A stretch of DNA of 42,019 nt, from IMG/VR virus record IMGVR_UViG_3300028812_000008, positions 1 through 42,019 of that record; one strand, written 5' to 3'. A model generated the notes under the pieces. The model made no database searches and was not told the origin of the DNA. It was given only the letters and a program-made list of their open reading frames with translations. This stretch comes from a virus. Lineage: Duplodnaviria > Caudoviricetes. Below, piece by piece: positions 16,612-25,628 of the stretch (within the stretch, counting starts at the first letter, position 1; each line of letters begins with the position of its first letter). The position numbers and the translations under genes were made by a program.

Positions 16612-16870
16612 AGATGCAGTCCTCGCTGTGTGAGACGTAGCACGGCGGCTTGATCTGGTCGCGCCAGAGCTCCTTCGCCCGCTTGTCGATCGCCCTCGAG
16701 AGACCGTGCCCGAAGTCCCGAATCTCCGACGTCGACATCTTCCTAAGCGTCGCTCGCATCGACGGGGAGTGAAGGTTCAGCAGCTTCATGATGCCGTCGA
16801 TCTCTCGACCGCGCTGCGCGAAGACTCGGTCCTCCGTCTCCTTCATCTCACCGCTCGTCAGGTTCCTCAT
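16598..16870 (-). CDS. hypothetical protein
   Basis: AAGGAG SD before ATG 16870 (MRNLTSG...). Confidence 0.65.
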   Translation of the reverse strand: MRNLTSGEMKETEDRVFAQRGREIDGIMKLLNLHSPSMRATLRKMSTSEIRDFGHGLSRAIDKRAKELWRDQIKPPCYVSHSEDCICGDD

Positions 16871-16899
16871 TCCGACTCTCCTTTTCTTGGTTTCCATCG

Positions 16900-16973
16900 T
16901 GCCACTCGCAGGGTTCGAACCTGCGACCCCCGACTTAGAAGGCCGGTGCTCTGTCCAACTGAGCTAGAGTGAC
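16900..16973 (-). tRNA. tRNA-Arg(UCU)
   Basis: Full cloverleaf: GTCACTC/GAGTGGC acceptor, GCTC/GAGC D-stem, CCGGC-CTTCTAA-GTCGG anticodon arm, GCAGG-TTCGAAC-CCTGC T-arm; CCA not encoded. Confidence 0.95.
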
Positions 16974-17123
16974 TGAGGTCGCGAAGTACACGACCTGACA
17001 CCGGACCGGGACAGCGTGGGTGTCATACGCTCGCTTAGCTCGCCCCTAGACGTGCGCCGGTGGATCGCCCTTCTCGGCATCTGCGACCACGCGGCCCGGA
17101 TTACCGCTCCGGGGCACGTCCAA

Positions 17124-17990
17124 TCAGTGTCCAGCGCTCCCGAACGGATGACCGTCGCGCTCGACGTCGACGTCGTCGTCGCCGGACGCCGCCTGATGCT
17201 CGAACTTGACCTTCTGCTCGAGACCCTTCGCCAGCATCTGCTTCAGGACCTTCGACGCCTGATAGAGCTCGCTGCTCACCGGCAGGAGGCTCTCGCGAAG
17301 ACCGCGAGGGTCAGCGCTGGTGATGATGGGGATGTAGTAGATGCCTTTGTCGTTCTTCTCCTGCTTCGACGTGATGCGAGTCAGGTGACCGTAGACGGGG
17401 ATGCGACCCGAGAACTGACCGAGGCGCTGCATCCACTTCTTGTACGCCGAGATCTTCGTGCGGTCGAACGCGATGACGGCGTACGAGTCGAACGACATCG
17501 ACTCCTCGTCGACGACCGAGCCGAAGACGTAGCGAGTGTCGCGCAGGACCAGTCGCGTGTCGCCCTCGTAGATCTCGTACTTGCCGAACTCCTGCTCGCG
17601 GATGCACTTCTCCACGATCGGGTCGTCCGGCATCAGGTGACCGCGGAAGCCTCCCTTCTGGGCCTTCTGCGCCTCACCCTCCTTCGCGATGCGCGGGAGC
17701 CACTTCGCGAAGTAGCGTCGAGTCGTCGCGGGAACGAAGAGCACGCCTCGCTCGCGGTCGTAGACGCGACCGTCGAGCGTGTTGAACCAGACGCCTCCCT
17801 TCATCTTCTCCTCGACGACAGCCGGCGTCATCGGCTGCGACAGCGCGAGGAACGGGGGAGCCATCTCCTGCGGAGACATCCCCTCGAATCCGTCGCCGGC
17901 GTCCTCCCCGTAGTCCGGGATCGTCGCGAGGTGTCCGGGAACCTTGTCCAGGACCGCCGGCAGAGTCTCTTCCTCTTCCTTCTTTGCCAT
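17124..17990 (-). CDS. putative ssDNA-binding/replication protein
   Basis: GFEGM...P.L.L.Q..TP N-terminal motif, beta-rich core, acidic C-terminal tail. Confidence 0.55.
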   Translation of the reverse strand: MAKKEEEETLPAVLDKVPGHLATIPDYGEDAGDGFEGMSPQEMAPPFLALSQPMTPAVVEEKMKGGVWFNTLDGRVYDRERGVLFVPATTRRYFAKWLPRIAKEGEAQKAQKGGFRGHLMPDDPIVEKCIREQEFGKYEIYEGDTRLVLRDTRYVFGSVVDEESMSFDSYAVIAFDRTKISAYKKWMQRLGQFSGRIPVYGHLTRITSKQEKNDKGIYYIPIITSADPRGLRESLLPVSSELYQASKVLKQMLAKGLEQKVKFEHQAASGDDDVDVERDGHPFGSAGH

Positions 17991-17999
17991 GCTCTTCTC

Positions 18000-18611
18000 C
18001 TAGCGGATCAGCTTGACCGTCGCGACCGTTTTCACGACGGCGCCGAATGCGTCCATCGGTGGGTCTGCTCCGGCCTCACGCTGTTCACGCAGAAACGACA
18101 TCATCTGGGCGTGATTGAGGGTTCGATAGGCCGACACGTGCGCCTGACGGTCGACCTTGTTCTCGGAGATCAGCTTGGCGAACTCGCGAGCCTGCTCGTC
18201 GGTCTCCGTGCCGAACTCCAGCTCGAACTTCGTGCGGATGATACCGCCGGAGCCGGCCTTCCTGAGATACTCGAACGCTCGCTCGCGCTTCTCCGCGTCC
18301 TTCGGGAATGACGCGTAGATCTTGTTGTCGACCGAGATGCTCAGCCCGGTGGGCGTCGTGAGGGAGTCCATCCCCATCGACTCCAGCTTCTCCGGGATGA
18401 TCTTCTCCGCGAGGAACTGGAGCTTCTTCTTGACGACCTTCCACCGGGCCTTCAGCGCGGCCTGCTCCTCGAGGAGCTCGATGGTCTCGAGAGCCATCTG
18501 TCCGAGTGAGCGCGCCGACAGCTCCGAGATCATCTCGAGGTCGGCCGCGTCCTCGGCGAGGTCCTCTGCGTACTGCTCTTCGTCGAAGTCGATGTCTCCT
18601 GGTCTGCTCAT
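18000..18611 (-). CDS. conserved phage replication-module protein
   Basis: Acidic N-terminus, coiled coil, IPE.L..MG..S, AFEYLR..G.G.II pattern. Confidence 0.65.
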   Translation of the reverse strand: MSRPGDIDFDEEQYAEDLAEDAADLEMISELSARSLGQMALETIELLEEQAALKARWKVVKKKLQFLAEKIIPEKLESMGMDSLTTPTGLSISVDNKIYASFPKDAEKRERAFEYLRKAGSGGIIRTKFELEFGTETDEQAREFAKLISENKVDRQAHVSAYRTLNHAQMMSFLREQREAGADPPMDAFGAVVKTVATVKLIR

Positions 18612-19009
18612 CACTCCCTCCAGGTCGCGAAGTCTGGATCTTCGTACTTGCTCTTGGCGAGATTCACCTTGATCGGGATGTAGCGACGGTTCTTCCCGTC
18701 CCACTGGAGCAGCGTGACGTGACCGTCGTCGTACTGCGACGCGACGGCCACGGCGAACCCGATCAGCGCTGGATTGCCGACGAGCAGCAGATAGTCGTCT
18801 CGCGTGTAGCCCGACAACTTCGCGCGAAGCTCGCCGATCACGCCGAGCTCCGGGTTCGGTCCGGCGCTCGCGTGGAAGGGACTCGCCGACGGACTCAGAA
18901 GGAACTCGAGCCTTCCAAACTCCTCGGCTGGAGTCAAGTCGTACCTCGGCGTCAACTTCCCGTTGTCGTCGAGACGATTGTGACTCTGAACTACGAAGAC
19001 TCTCGGCAT
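18611..19009 (-). CDS. conserved phage hypothetical protein
   Basis: DL.PAEEFG, DYLLLVGNPALI, LLQWD...RRY. Confidence 0.7.
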   Translation of the reverse strand: MPRVFVVQSHNRLDDNGKLTPRYDLTPAEEFGRLEFLLSPSASPFHASAGPNPELGVIGELRAKLSGYTRDDYLLLVGNPALIGFAVAVASQYDDGHVTLLQWDGKNRRYIPIKVNLAKSKYEDPDFATWRE

Positions 19010-19506
19010 CAAACTCCGTGTCTCACTCGCGCGACGCGCGGTGCGGTGTGGGGTGCGGGCACGTGCGCCAGGTACCACGCCACGCGCGCCAGGATGCGCT
19101 CAGCCTCTACTCGGTATGGGTGTGGCGGGCACACAGCGCAGCGGTTGGAGGCGCGCGGTCGGCCACCGTGGCGCACGTGGGCGCCATTGTGCAAAACGGT
19201 AGCCTGGCGCACATCTTCGCGCATCCAGAACTCGCGCGCGAGTTTCGCGAGCGCACGCGACTCGCCGTCCGCGAGCTTGAGAATTCGGAGGTCCCTGATG
19301 ACGGCTCTGTCGTGCATCACACATGGATTCGGCTCCGTCCACGAGTGGCCGACTCGAGCCAGACCGAGGCCGGCGCGAGAGCAGCTCGTGACCAGTCGAG
19401 GTCGACCGAACACGAGCACGACGTCGCCGACCGAGACGCCCGCGTAGGAGCCGAGCATCTCGGTTGCACGATCGATCGCGCGGATGTATCCCTTCTGTCC
19501 ACCCAT
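19009..19506 (-). CDS. hypothetical protein
   Basis: ORF fills the gap and its stop overlaps the next start (TGATG); C-terminal half compositionally atypical. Confidence 0.4.
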   Translation of the reverse strand: MGGQKGYIRAIDRATEMLGSYAGVSVGDVVLVFGRPRLVTSCSRAGLGLARVGHSWTEPNPCVMHDRAVIRDLRILKLADGESRALAKLAREFWMREDVRQATVLHNGAHVRHGGRPRASNRCAVCPPHPYRVEAERILARVAWYLAHVPAPHTAPRVARVRHGV

Positions 19507-19508
19507 GT

Positions 19509-19799
19509 TCAGTTGACGACGCGATCCGGGTCGGCGATCCACTCGTCGGCGCTCGCCGACTCCACGACCATGGGCTGACGAGCTGCGCGCTCGATCTCGT
19601 CTCTCAGCGACATAGCCTCCACCCTGACGCGATCGAAGACGTCCCCGATGTCATTGAAGACTGCGGCCTCGGTCTCGCCGACGACGTCGACGAGGTCGTA
19701 CCATCGCGCGCACTCCACGCAGTAGGTGTGCGAGACCTTCATCTCCGTGCGCCTCGGTCGCGCGCACTTCGGACACTTCCATCGCTTCTGCTGCATCAC
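19509..19799 (-). CDS. zinc-ribbon protein
   Basis: CPKC...CVEC. Confidence 0.65.
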   Translation of the reverse strand: MMQQKRWKCPKCARPRRTEMKVSHTYCVECARWYDLVDVVGETEAAVFNDIGDVFDRVRVEAMSLRDEIERAARQPMVVESASADEWIADPDRVVN

Positions 19800-20086
19800 T
19801 TCTCCGACTTGCCGTCGCTCTGGATGTACTCGAGGAGATCCTCACTCGAGGCGACCCAGACGAGCGGTGACGACGCTGAGATGATCTCGATGACCCCGTC
19901 CGCGTCGACGATGTAGCGAAAGTCGTCGCCCTTACTGATGACCTCGGTTCCGGTCGGCCCGTAGATCTTCAGCTCAGTGCGAAGACGATAGTCCTTCTTG
20001 CCGTTCATCTTCCGAACGACAGAGTGAGCCGGAATTCTTCCGGCGAAGAGGATGACGCGAATCGGTTCGCTCATGGGTCGCTCCAT
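19796..20086 (-). CDS. hypothetical protein
   Basis: 96-aa ORF immediately downstream of promoter 20108-20137. Confidence 0.65.
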   Translation of the reverse strand: MERPMSEPIRVILFAGRIPAHSVVRKMNGKKDYRLRTELKIYGPTGTEVISKGDDFRYIVDADGVIEIISASSPLVWVASSEDLLEYIQSDGKSEK

Positions 20087-20107
20087 TTCTTGGTCTCAGA
20101 AAGCGCA

Positions 20108-20137
20108 ACTATACCACGCGGGGCCGGTTGCTGGCAA
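20108..20137 (-). promoter_or_regulatory. sigma70-type promoter
   Basis: TTGCCA-N18-TATAGT with TGG extended -10; same hexamers as 33717-33746. Confidence 0.7.
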
Positions 20138-20229
20138 CTCTACGAGCGGTTTTCTTACTGCTTCGGTGGTCGGTGATAGAGCACGCCGCATTTCTCGACC
20201 GTGACATCCAGGATGAGCACACTGATGAC

Positions 20230-20610
20230 TCACTGATGCCTCCTACACAGGACGTGTCCGCAGGTCGCGCACGTCTCGAGGTCGAAGTAGGGACGATCCC
20301 CGCGCTCCGCCGCCGCTCTCAGCTCGAGCGAGTAGAGCGCCGAGCGCAGACCGTCGATGACGACCACGTTGTGATTCGACGGGATCTGATTGTCGACGTA
20401 CTTCGTGCGATCGATCAACGCGCGGATGACCTCCTGCGTCGTCGTTCCCGAGTACTGAGGCTGCTTGTTGCCCGGGTAGTGATCGCCGACGCGCTTGACG
20501 AAGGTCAGCGTCTCGGGGATCAACGTTCCGTCTCTCGCGGCGCGCTCCGGCTCGAGGTGACTGGAGATGACGCTCAGCTCGTACTGATGACCAGGATCCA
20601 AGACTCTCAT
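20230..20610 (-). CDS. Acb2/Tad1-like helical hairpin protein with C-terminal Cys cluster
   Basis: PGHQY..., L.FVKR, GTT.QEV..ALIDR...N...I..LR.AL..L..R pattern; CATC...C tail. Confidence 0.5.
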   Translation of the reverse strand: MRVLDPGHQYELSVISSHLEPERAARDGTLIPETLTFVKRVGDHYPGNKQPQYSGTTTQEVIRALIDRTKYVDNQIPSNHNVVVIDGLRSALYSLELRAAAERGDRPYFDLETCATCGHVLCRRHQ

Positions 20611-22154
20611 GCCGCCTCCTCCATCGGTAGACTGATCCACTCCCGATACTTGTCGCCGGTGACGAGCGCCGACGTCTCGAACTTCTCGAGCAGACCCTCC
20701 AGGAGCTTGATGTCGACGGTTCCGTATGCAGCCATGTCGACGATCAACACGGGCTGATCCTGCCCGATGCGATGGAAGCGATCCTCGGACTGGAGTCGCT
20801 TCTCCGGCGAGTAGTCGTTGGAGTAGTAGATCATCGTCTTGGCGACGATCAGCGTGACGCCGTGCGAGATGCTCTTGACGTTGGCGACCAGGAACCGATG
20901 CTTCGTGTCCGTCGGGTCGCAGAAGCGCTCGAGAGCCCACGTGCGCGAGCGGTCGTTCACCTGACCATCGTAGCGGAGCGCGTCCTCGCCGAGCATGTCG
21001 CAGATCTGGTCGATCTCGCGCGTGAACCTAGCCCAGATGATCACCTTGCCCGTGGTCTGCGAGATCAGCTCGCGGAGAAGATCGAGTCGCGGGTTCTCTT
21101 CCGGTGGGATGATGTCAGCCAGGACGCGGTTCTTGAGCAGGAGTCGCAGGTCCGGCATCTCCTCGACGCCGGCCGGAACGTCGACGGTGTCGTCCGCCGT
21201 GACGAAGCCAGAGGCGATCTGGTGGAGCCGAATGAGACGGGTGACGGCCAACCGGGCGTCCACCTCGAGGCCTCCCTCGAGCTCGGCCCATAGGCGCTTC
21301 CTCACCTGCTCGTAGAGCTTCTTCTGCGCCGGAACCATGTCGAACGTCTTCAGCTCGTACATCTTCGGCGGGAGCTCGACGCCCGAGTCCTCCTTCGTGA
21401 GTCGCGACGCGATCTCCGAGATGATGTCATGCAGCTTGTCGAGTCCGCGGTACTCCTCGAGCTCCGGGAACATCCGCGCGCCCATGCGTCGCGTCTTCCA
21501 CACGCCGAACTCGCTCTTGAACGCCGCGTACGACTTGAGTCCGTGCCATCCCCAGAACTCGGGGTTGAGGAACTCGATCTGCGAGTGAAGATCGAACGGT
21601 GAGTTCGCAGCCGGCGTGCCCGTGAGGATCCATCGGCGGTGAGCGAGACGCCCGAGCTTCTTGACTCGTATCGACGTCTTCGTCTTGCGATTCTTGATCG
21701 CAGTGGACTCGTCGACGACGAGCATCGTGCGGTGGATTCGCACGAAGCGCTCGAGGAAGTCGTAGGCGCGATCCGTCATCGCGAGCGCGTCGAAGCCGAT
21801 GGTGACGACTCGCAGCTTCCCCTGGAACTCGGTGGGATCGGTGAAGATCATCCGGTGGAGAGTGTCGCGCTGCGAGTCCGTCTTCGGGTAGATGAGGTGG
21901 ACGTAGTCCGCCGCCATGTGCTTCGGACACTCGATGCGGATCCAGTTCGGGTACGTCGCGTTCGGCGCGATCACCACGAGCGCGTCAATCTTGTTCGTCT
22001 TGTGGAGGTGCGACGCGACGTCGATGATCAGCTTCGACTTGCCGAGACCCATCTCCCAGAAGATCGCTCGGGCCGTCTTCTCGCGGCTCTCGAGGTACTC
22101 CTGCCGCTGATGCGCGAGCTGCGGAGTCTTGATCGCTGGATCGCCGTCGATCAT
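20607..22154 (-). CDS. SNF2-type SF2 helicase/ATPase
   Basis: EMGLGKS, VVDEST, LTGTP, KVIIWARF, QSEDRFHRIGQ. Confidence 0.92.
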   Translation of the reverse strand: MIDGDPAIKTPQLAHQRQEYLESREKTARAIFWEMGLGKSKLIIDVASHLHKTNKIDALVVIAPNATYPNWIRIECPKHMAADYVHLIYPKTDSQRDTLHRMIFTDPTEFQGKLRVVTIGFDALAMTDRAYDFLERFVRIHRTMLVVDESTAIKNRKTKTSIRVKKLGRLAHRRWILTGTPAANSPFDLHSQIEFLNPEFWGWHGLKSYAAFKSEFGVWKTRRMGARMFPELEEYRGLDKLHDIISEIASRLTKEDSGVELPPKMYELKTFDMVPAQKKLYEQVRKRLWAELEGGLEVDARLAVTRLIRLHQIASGFVTADDTVDVPAGVEEMPDLRLLLKNRVLADIIPPEENPRLDLLRELISQTTGKVIIWARFTREIDQICDMLGEDALRYDGQVNDRSRTWALERFCDPTDTKHRFLVANVKSISHGVTLIVAKTMIYYSNDYSPEKRLQSEDRFHRIGQDQPVLIVDMAAYGTVDIKLLEGLLEKFETSALVTGDKYREWISLPMEEAA

Positions 22155-22429
22155 CAGTTCTGGGTCCTCTCGTTCTTCTCGAGGATGTGGATCGCCCTGT
22201 CGATCTTGTCGCGAAGCCAGACGAGTTGCTCCTTGTTGAGGAGCAGCGAGTCCAGATGCGTGACGTGGTTCGCCGTCTTGTACGACACCGTCTCGGGAAG
22301 CGTCTGCTCCTCGCGAATGGCGACGAAGTGAGTGAACTCGTCGGGGTCCCACTCGATCGCGAGTCGGTTACCCTTCGCGCGTGAGATCGGGTCGGGGTCG
22401 GGTAGAATCTCGAACAGCCTCTTCGTCAT
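22154..22429 (-). CDS. hypothetical protein
   Basis: 91-aa ORF, AGGAG SD, coupled. Confidence 0.65.
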   Translation of the reverse strand: MTKRLFEILPDPDPISRAKGNRLAIEWDPDEFTHFVAIREEQTLPETVSYKTANHVTHLDSLLLNKEQLVWLRDKIDRAIHILEKNERTQN

Positions 22430-22581
22430 CTCGTGCTCCTATACTTACCTCGAGGGCGACGGCGCCGCTCGTCGATCTCCATCTGACGTCGAATCCAGTT
22501 CCTCGCGGCGATCACGTCGTCCGTGAAGGCGACGTTGACGCGGAGGAGCTTGACCAGACCCTCTTTCTCCTGCTTCGTCAT
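22426..22581 (-). CDS. hypothetical protein
   Basis: MTKQEKEG...; ATGA coupling. Confidence 0.55.
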   Translation of the reverse strand: MTKQEKEGLVKLLRVNVAFTDDVIAARNWIRRQMEIDERRRRPRGKYRSTR

Positions 22582-22793
22582 GGCGCCGGAAGTGGATATC
22601 TCGGACACATCTTCCAGAGCTGACCGTACGTGATCTCGCCGTCGTAGAAGAGCGACTCGAGCCAGTCGTAAGCGGACTTCTGCTCTTCTGTGAGTGATTC
22701 GTATCCGCGCGACCAGTCGGCGTTCTCCATGGTCTTGCGTGCAAGCTCGAGCGCGACTTCTCGCTTGAGCTTCTCGAGTTCATGCGCCTGCAT
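22578..22793 (-). CDS. hypothetical protein
   Basis: 71-aa ORF, GAGG SD. Confidence 0.6.
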   Translation of the reverse strand: MQAHELEKLKREVALELARKTMENADWSRGYESLTEEQKSAYDWLESLFYDGEITYGQLWKMCPRYPLPAP

Positions 22794-23007
22794 GGGTCAC
22801 CTCGTAGCGTCCGTCACATGAGACGAGAGCGCACTTCGCCCTCGCCAGCACTCCTCGAAGAGCCGGAGCTCCGCACTTCTCACATCTCATGGTGAGAGGC
22901 TTCCGGCACCTCGAGCAGAGCCCGAGCCTTCCGTTCGTGAACGGCGCAATCGTCGGTAGAGGACGGTCGCACTTGGCTCGCACTCGTATGATCAGCTCCT
23001 TGGTCAA
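22780..23007 (-). CDS. Cys-rich zinc-ribbon protein
   Basis: CSRC, CEKC, C....C; TTG start coupled to upstream stop. Confidence 0.5.
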   Translation of the reverse strand: MTKELIIRVRAKCDRPLPTIAPFTNGRLGLCSRCRKPLTMRCEKCGAPALRGVLARAKCALVSCDGRYEVTHAGA

Positions 23008-23267
23008 CGTCCTCGCCCGGTTGTGGTTCGGTGGAAGTCGACGAGAGCGTCGGCGGCCTCCTCGAAACCCCATCCTCTACCGTCGCCTCCGTCCGTTGAC
23101 TTGATCGACATCGCCTCCACGAGCCAGAGCAGCTTCGGCACGTCGCTGAACCGAATCGCGACCTTCCCCATCGCGCACAGAGCGCAGTAGAACTTCCCGT
23201 CTGCACAGACGTAGCGAGCGTCGTTCTCGCAGTTGTCGCCGTGGCACTCCGGATGGACACTACTCAC
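23004..23267 (-). CDS. zinc-finger-like protein
   Basis: C....C...A.YVC.....YC..C. Confidence 0.6.
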   Translation of the reverse strand: MSSVHPECHGDNCENDARYVCADGKFYCALCAMGKVAIRFSDVPKLLWLVEAMSIKSTDGGDGRGWGFEEAADALVDFHRTTTGRGR

Positions 23268-23730
23268 CGTTCAGCTCTCCCCATCGCACGTGAGGTGCGA
23301 CGCTTCTGAGGATGTCGCGGGCTCGCCTCGCCGCGGCTGGATCGTTCCACTCGCGACAGAGACCAGACGGATGTGGGAGTGCGAGCAGGAGCGAGCCTCT
23401 CGACACGACCTTCTGGACCTCCCACGGGCGAGGCGTTGGGACGTACTGAGACTGACGAGCCTGAGCCACTCGCCGACCCAAGGTGACCACGAGGTCGCCC
23501 GATGTGAGTGAGTCTATCAGGATCTCCATTCTCGCTCGCGCCGTCTCTCTGTGCCAGTGACCGACGCAGAGGTTCTGACGCGTGAACAGGGAGTCGGCGA
23601 GGTAGACCCGTCTCGGGATGCCGAGGATGTACTCCCTCAGTCGGTGGCCCGACGCGCCGATCGGCTCGTCGTAGAGGGCGAACCTCGGGTCCTCTCCGTA
23701 CGGGTTCAACTCGCCGACCAGATGGATCAC
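23260..23730 (-). CDS. uracil-DNA glycosylase superfamily protein
   Basis: LVGE motif A, SG.RL, NL, VTLGR.V, LPHPSG motif B. Confidence 0.72.
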   Translation of the reverse strand: MIHLVGELNPYGEDPRFALYDEPIGASGHRLREYILGIPRRVYLADSLFTRQNLCVGHWHRETARARMEILIDSLTSGDLVVTLGRRVAQARQSQYVPTPRPWEVQKVVSRGSLLLALPHPSGLCREWNDPAAARRARDILRSVAPHVRWGELNGE

Positions 23731-23942
23731 ATCGCCTCCAGGCATCTCGGGCAGCCGACCCTCGCCGGGTCGTAGGTGTAGACGGTCGGCTCGACCTTGA
23801 TCGGCCGACCGTGCTCGTCTCGCTGCACCGTTCCGTCGCGCATACGTCTTCCGCACGCCGTCAGGAACGGTGCGACGCGAAAGCACGGTCCGTCGGGCTC
23901 AGACTCCCGGCAGATCGTGCATCTTGGGCTCGAGCACTTCAC
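23727..23942 (-). CDS. Cys-rich hypothetical protein
   Basis: C..C..C, TACG, V.CPRC; GTGA coupling. Confidence 0.55.
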   Translation of the reverse strand: MKCSSPRCTICRESEPDGPCFRVAPFLTACGRRMRDGTVQRDEHGRPIKVEPTVYTYDPARVGCPRCLEAM

Positions 23943-25054
23943 GCGAGACTGGGGATGACCAGGAGCTTCGTGCCGCGCACGAGCTTCCGGTTGACGGACG
24001 TCGACTGAACGAAGATGCGATACGTCCCGTGATTGCCGATCTTCACGCGGACGTCCTCGTTCGGCATGTTGAGCAGCGCTCGAGCGTCGTCGCCGCCGTA
24101 GATCTTGCGACCTCCGCGCTCCATGATCGCGACCTTCTTGTAGCGCTGGATCGTCTCGTCCTTGGTCAGCTCGTAGAAGGCCGAGCCGACGCGGTACGAG
24201 CCGAGCTCCCTCTCCACGAACTCGCGGATGACGCACTCGGCCTTGACCTCGAGGATCTTCGCCTCGCCGGCGAGGTCGACGCACTTGTTGAGGTCGCGCT
24301 TCGAGATGTTGGAGGCATCGGTCTCGAAGAACTTCGTCGTCGACCGCTTGCCACTCGCGCGATCCGCGACGTAGCTACTGATACCACGGGCGATGGACGC
24401 CGACGCGCGCTCCATGCCGTCCGCGCTCTGCTCCCAGACCTCGACGTTGCCGAGCGGGATGCCGTACCTCACACAGAGCGTCTTCTTGTAGGAGTCGCTC
24501 GGCACGAGGAAGACGACCGACCAGCGGTCCGTCGCCTGGAGCCTCGCGACGCGCTCCGGGAGCCTCTGACCGTTGTAGCGATCGCCGTCGGTGTCCTCGC
24601 CGTCGGTGATGACCATCAGGAGATAGCTGTCGCTCGCCGAGTCCTTCACCTCGCTCTCCACGACGTCGATCGCCTCGTGGATCGCGCGCAGCATCGGCGT
24701 TCCACCCGTCGGGTAGTAGTCCGAGAACACGCGGAGGTCGTCCATCTTCGCGACGCGGTGCTTGAACTTGACGTCGCCGCCGAACGTGCCGACGGTGACG
24801 GTCGAGTCCTGCCCGCGCTTGATCGTCTCGCCGCGGATCGCGTTGATGTTCTGGTTGACGATCTTCTTGGCTCCCTCGGCGTGCGGACGCATCGACCCCG
24901 AGGAGTCGAGAAGGAGGATGAAGTGATTGCGGATCGCCTCGGCCGTCGGCTTCGTGGCGTTCTCCGCTACCACCTCCGTCGCCGGCTTCGCCCGAGACCT
25001 CGCAGGCTTCTTCGTCGCAGGCTTCTTCGTCGCTGTCTTCGTTGCCATGTTCAC
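23939..25054 (-). CDS. von Willebrand factor A domain protein
   Basis: MIDAS LLDSSGSM, GGTPM..AI, VITDGED; Lys-rich N-terminal tail. Confidence 0.88.
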   Translation of the reverse strand: MNMATKTATKKPATKKPARSRAKPATEVVAENATKPTAEAIRNHFILLLDSSGSMRPHAEGAKKIVNQNINAIRGETIKRGQDSTVTVGTFGGDVKFKHRVAKMDDLRVFSDYYPTGGTPMLRAIHEAIDVVESEVKDSASDSYLLMVITDGEDTDGDRYNGQRLPERVARLQATDRWSVVFLVPSDSYKKTLCVRYGIPLGNVEVWEQSADGMERASASIARGISSYVADRASGKRSTTKFFETDASNISKRDLNKCVDLAGEAKILEVKAECVIREFVERELGSYRVGSAFYELTKDETIQRYKKVAIMERGGRKIYGGDDARALLNMPNEDVRVKIGNHGTYRIFVQSTSVNRKLVRGTKLLVIPSLA

Positions 25055-25347
25055 TCCCTTTCGTGCTTCAGTTTGTTCTCGCCCGCTCGCACGAGAGCTC
25101 TTCGCTGCCTGTGAGCGCGGACCGGAAATCTGCTTCTGTGATGCGGGTTAGTCGTCGGATGAACGGCCATGCAGTCGAGGCCCGGTGGAGCGTGGCAGAG
25201 CGGACACTCGAAGCGATACGACTCTCTGTAGATCGGCTCGCCGCGACCGACGAAGGTCGACTGACCCTCCTCGCGCGGAGTGTACTCGAGGTTCGGAGCG
25301 ACGTGGAGTCGCTCGTACTTCGTCCGGTCGTTCGGCTTCCGCACCAT
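25051..25347 (-). CDS. zinc-finger protein
   Basis: CPLCHAPPG..C....H..R. Confidence 0.6.
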   Translation of the reverse strand: MVRKPNDRTKYERLHVAPNLEYTPREEGQSTFVGRGEPIYRESYRFECPLCHAPPGLDCMAVHPTTNPHHRSRFPVRAHRQRRALVRAGENKLKHERE

Positions 25348-25628
25348 CAGGTCAACTTGTCGAAGTGCTCCCGGAGCAGCTTCGCCATCGACTGTCTGAA
25401 CGCCATCACGGCGGACGACAGGACTCGCTCCTCGTCGGTCATCGGTCGCTGGTAGCCGACGTCCTCTCCGCGAATATGCGCGTCGATCCACGCCGACGCA
25501 CTCGTGGTCGCCTCGTGGAGAACGACGCGACACTCGAGACACCACACCGCGTATCGGCGACGACCGGTGTCCTCACCGACCTCGCTCGTCGGAGCGACGT
25601 AGATCTCGCATCGGTGCTTCCCGCTCAT
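25347..25628 (-). CDS. hypothetical protein
   Basis: H....CLEC...H; TGATG coupling at both ends. Confidence 0.6.
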   Translation of the reverse strand: MSGKHRCEIYVAPTSEVGEDTGRRRYAVWCLECRVVLHEATTSASAWIDAHIRGEDVGYQRPMTDEERVLSSAVMAFRQSMAKLLREHFDKLT

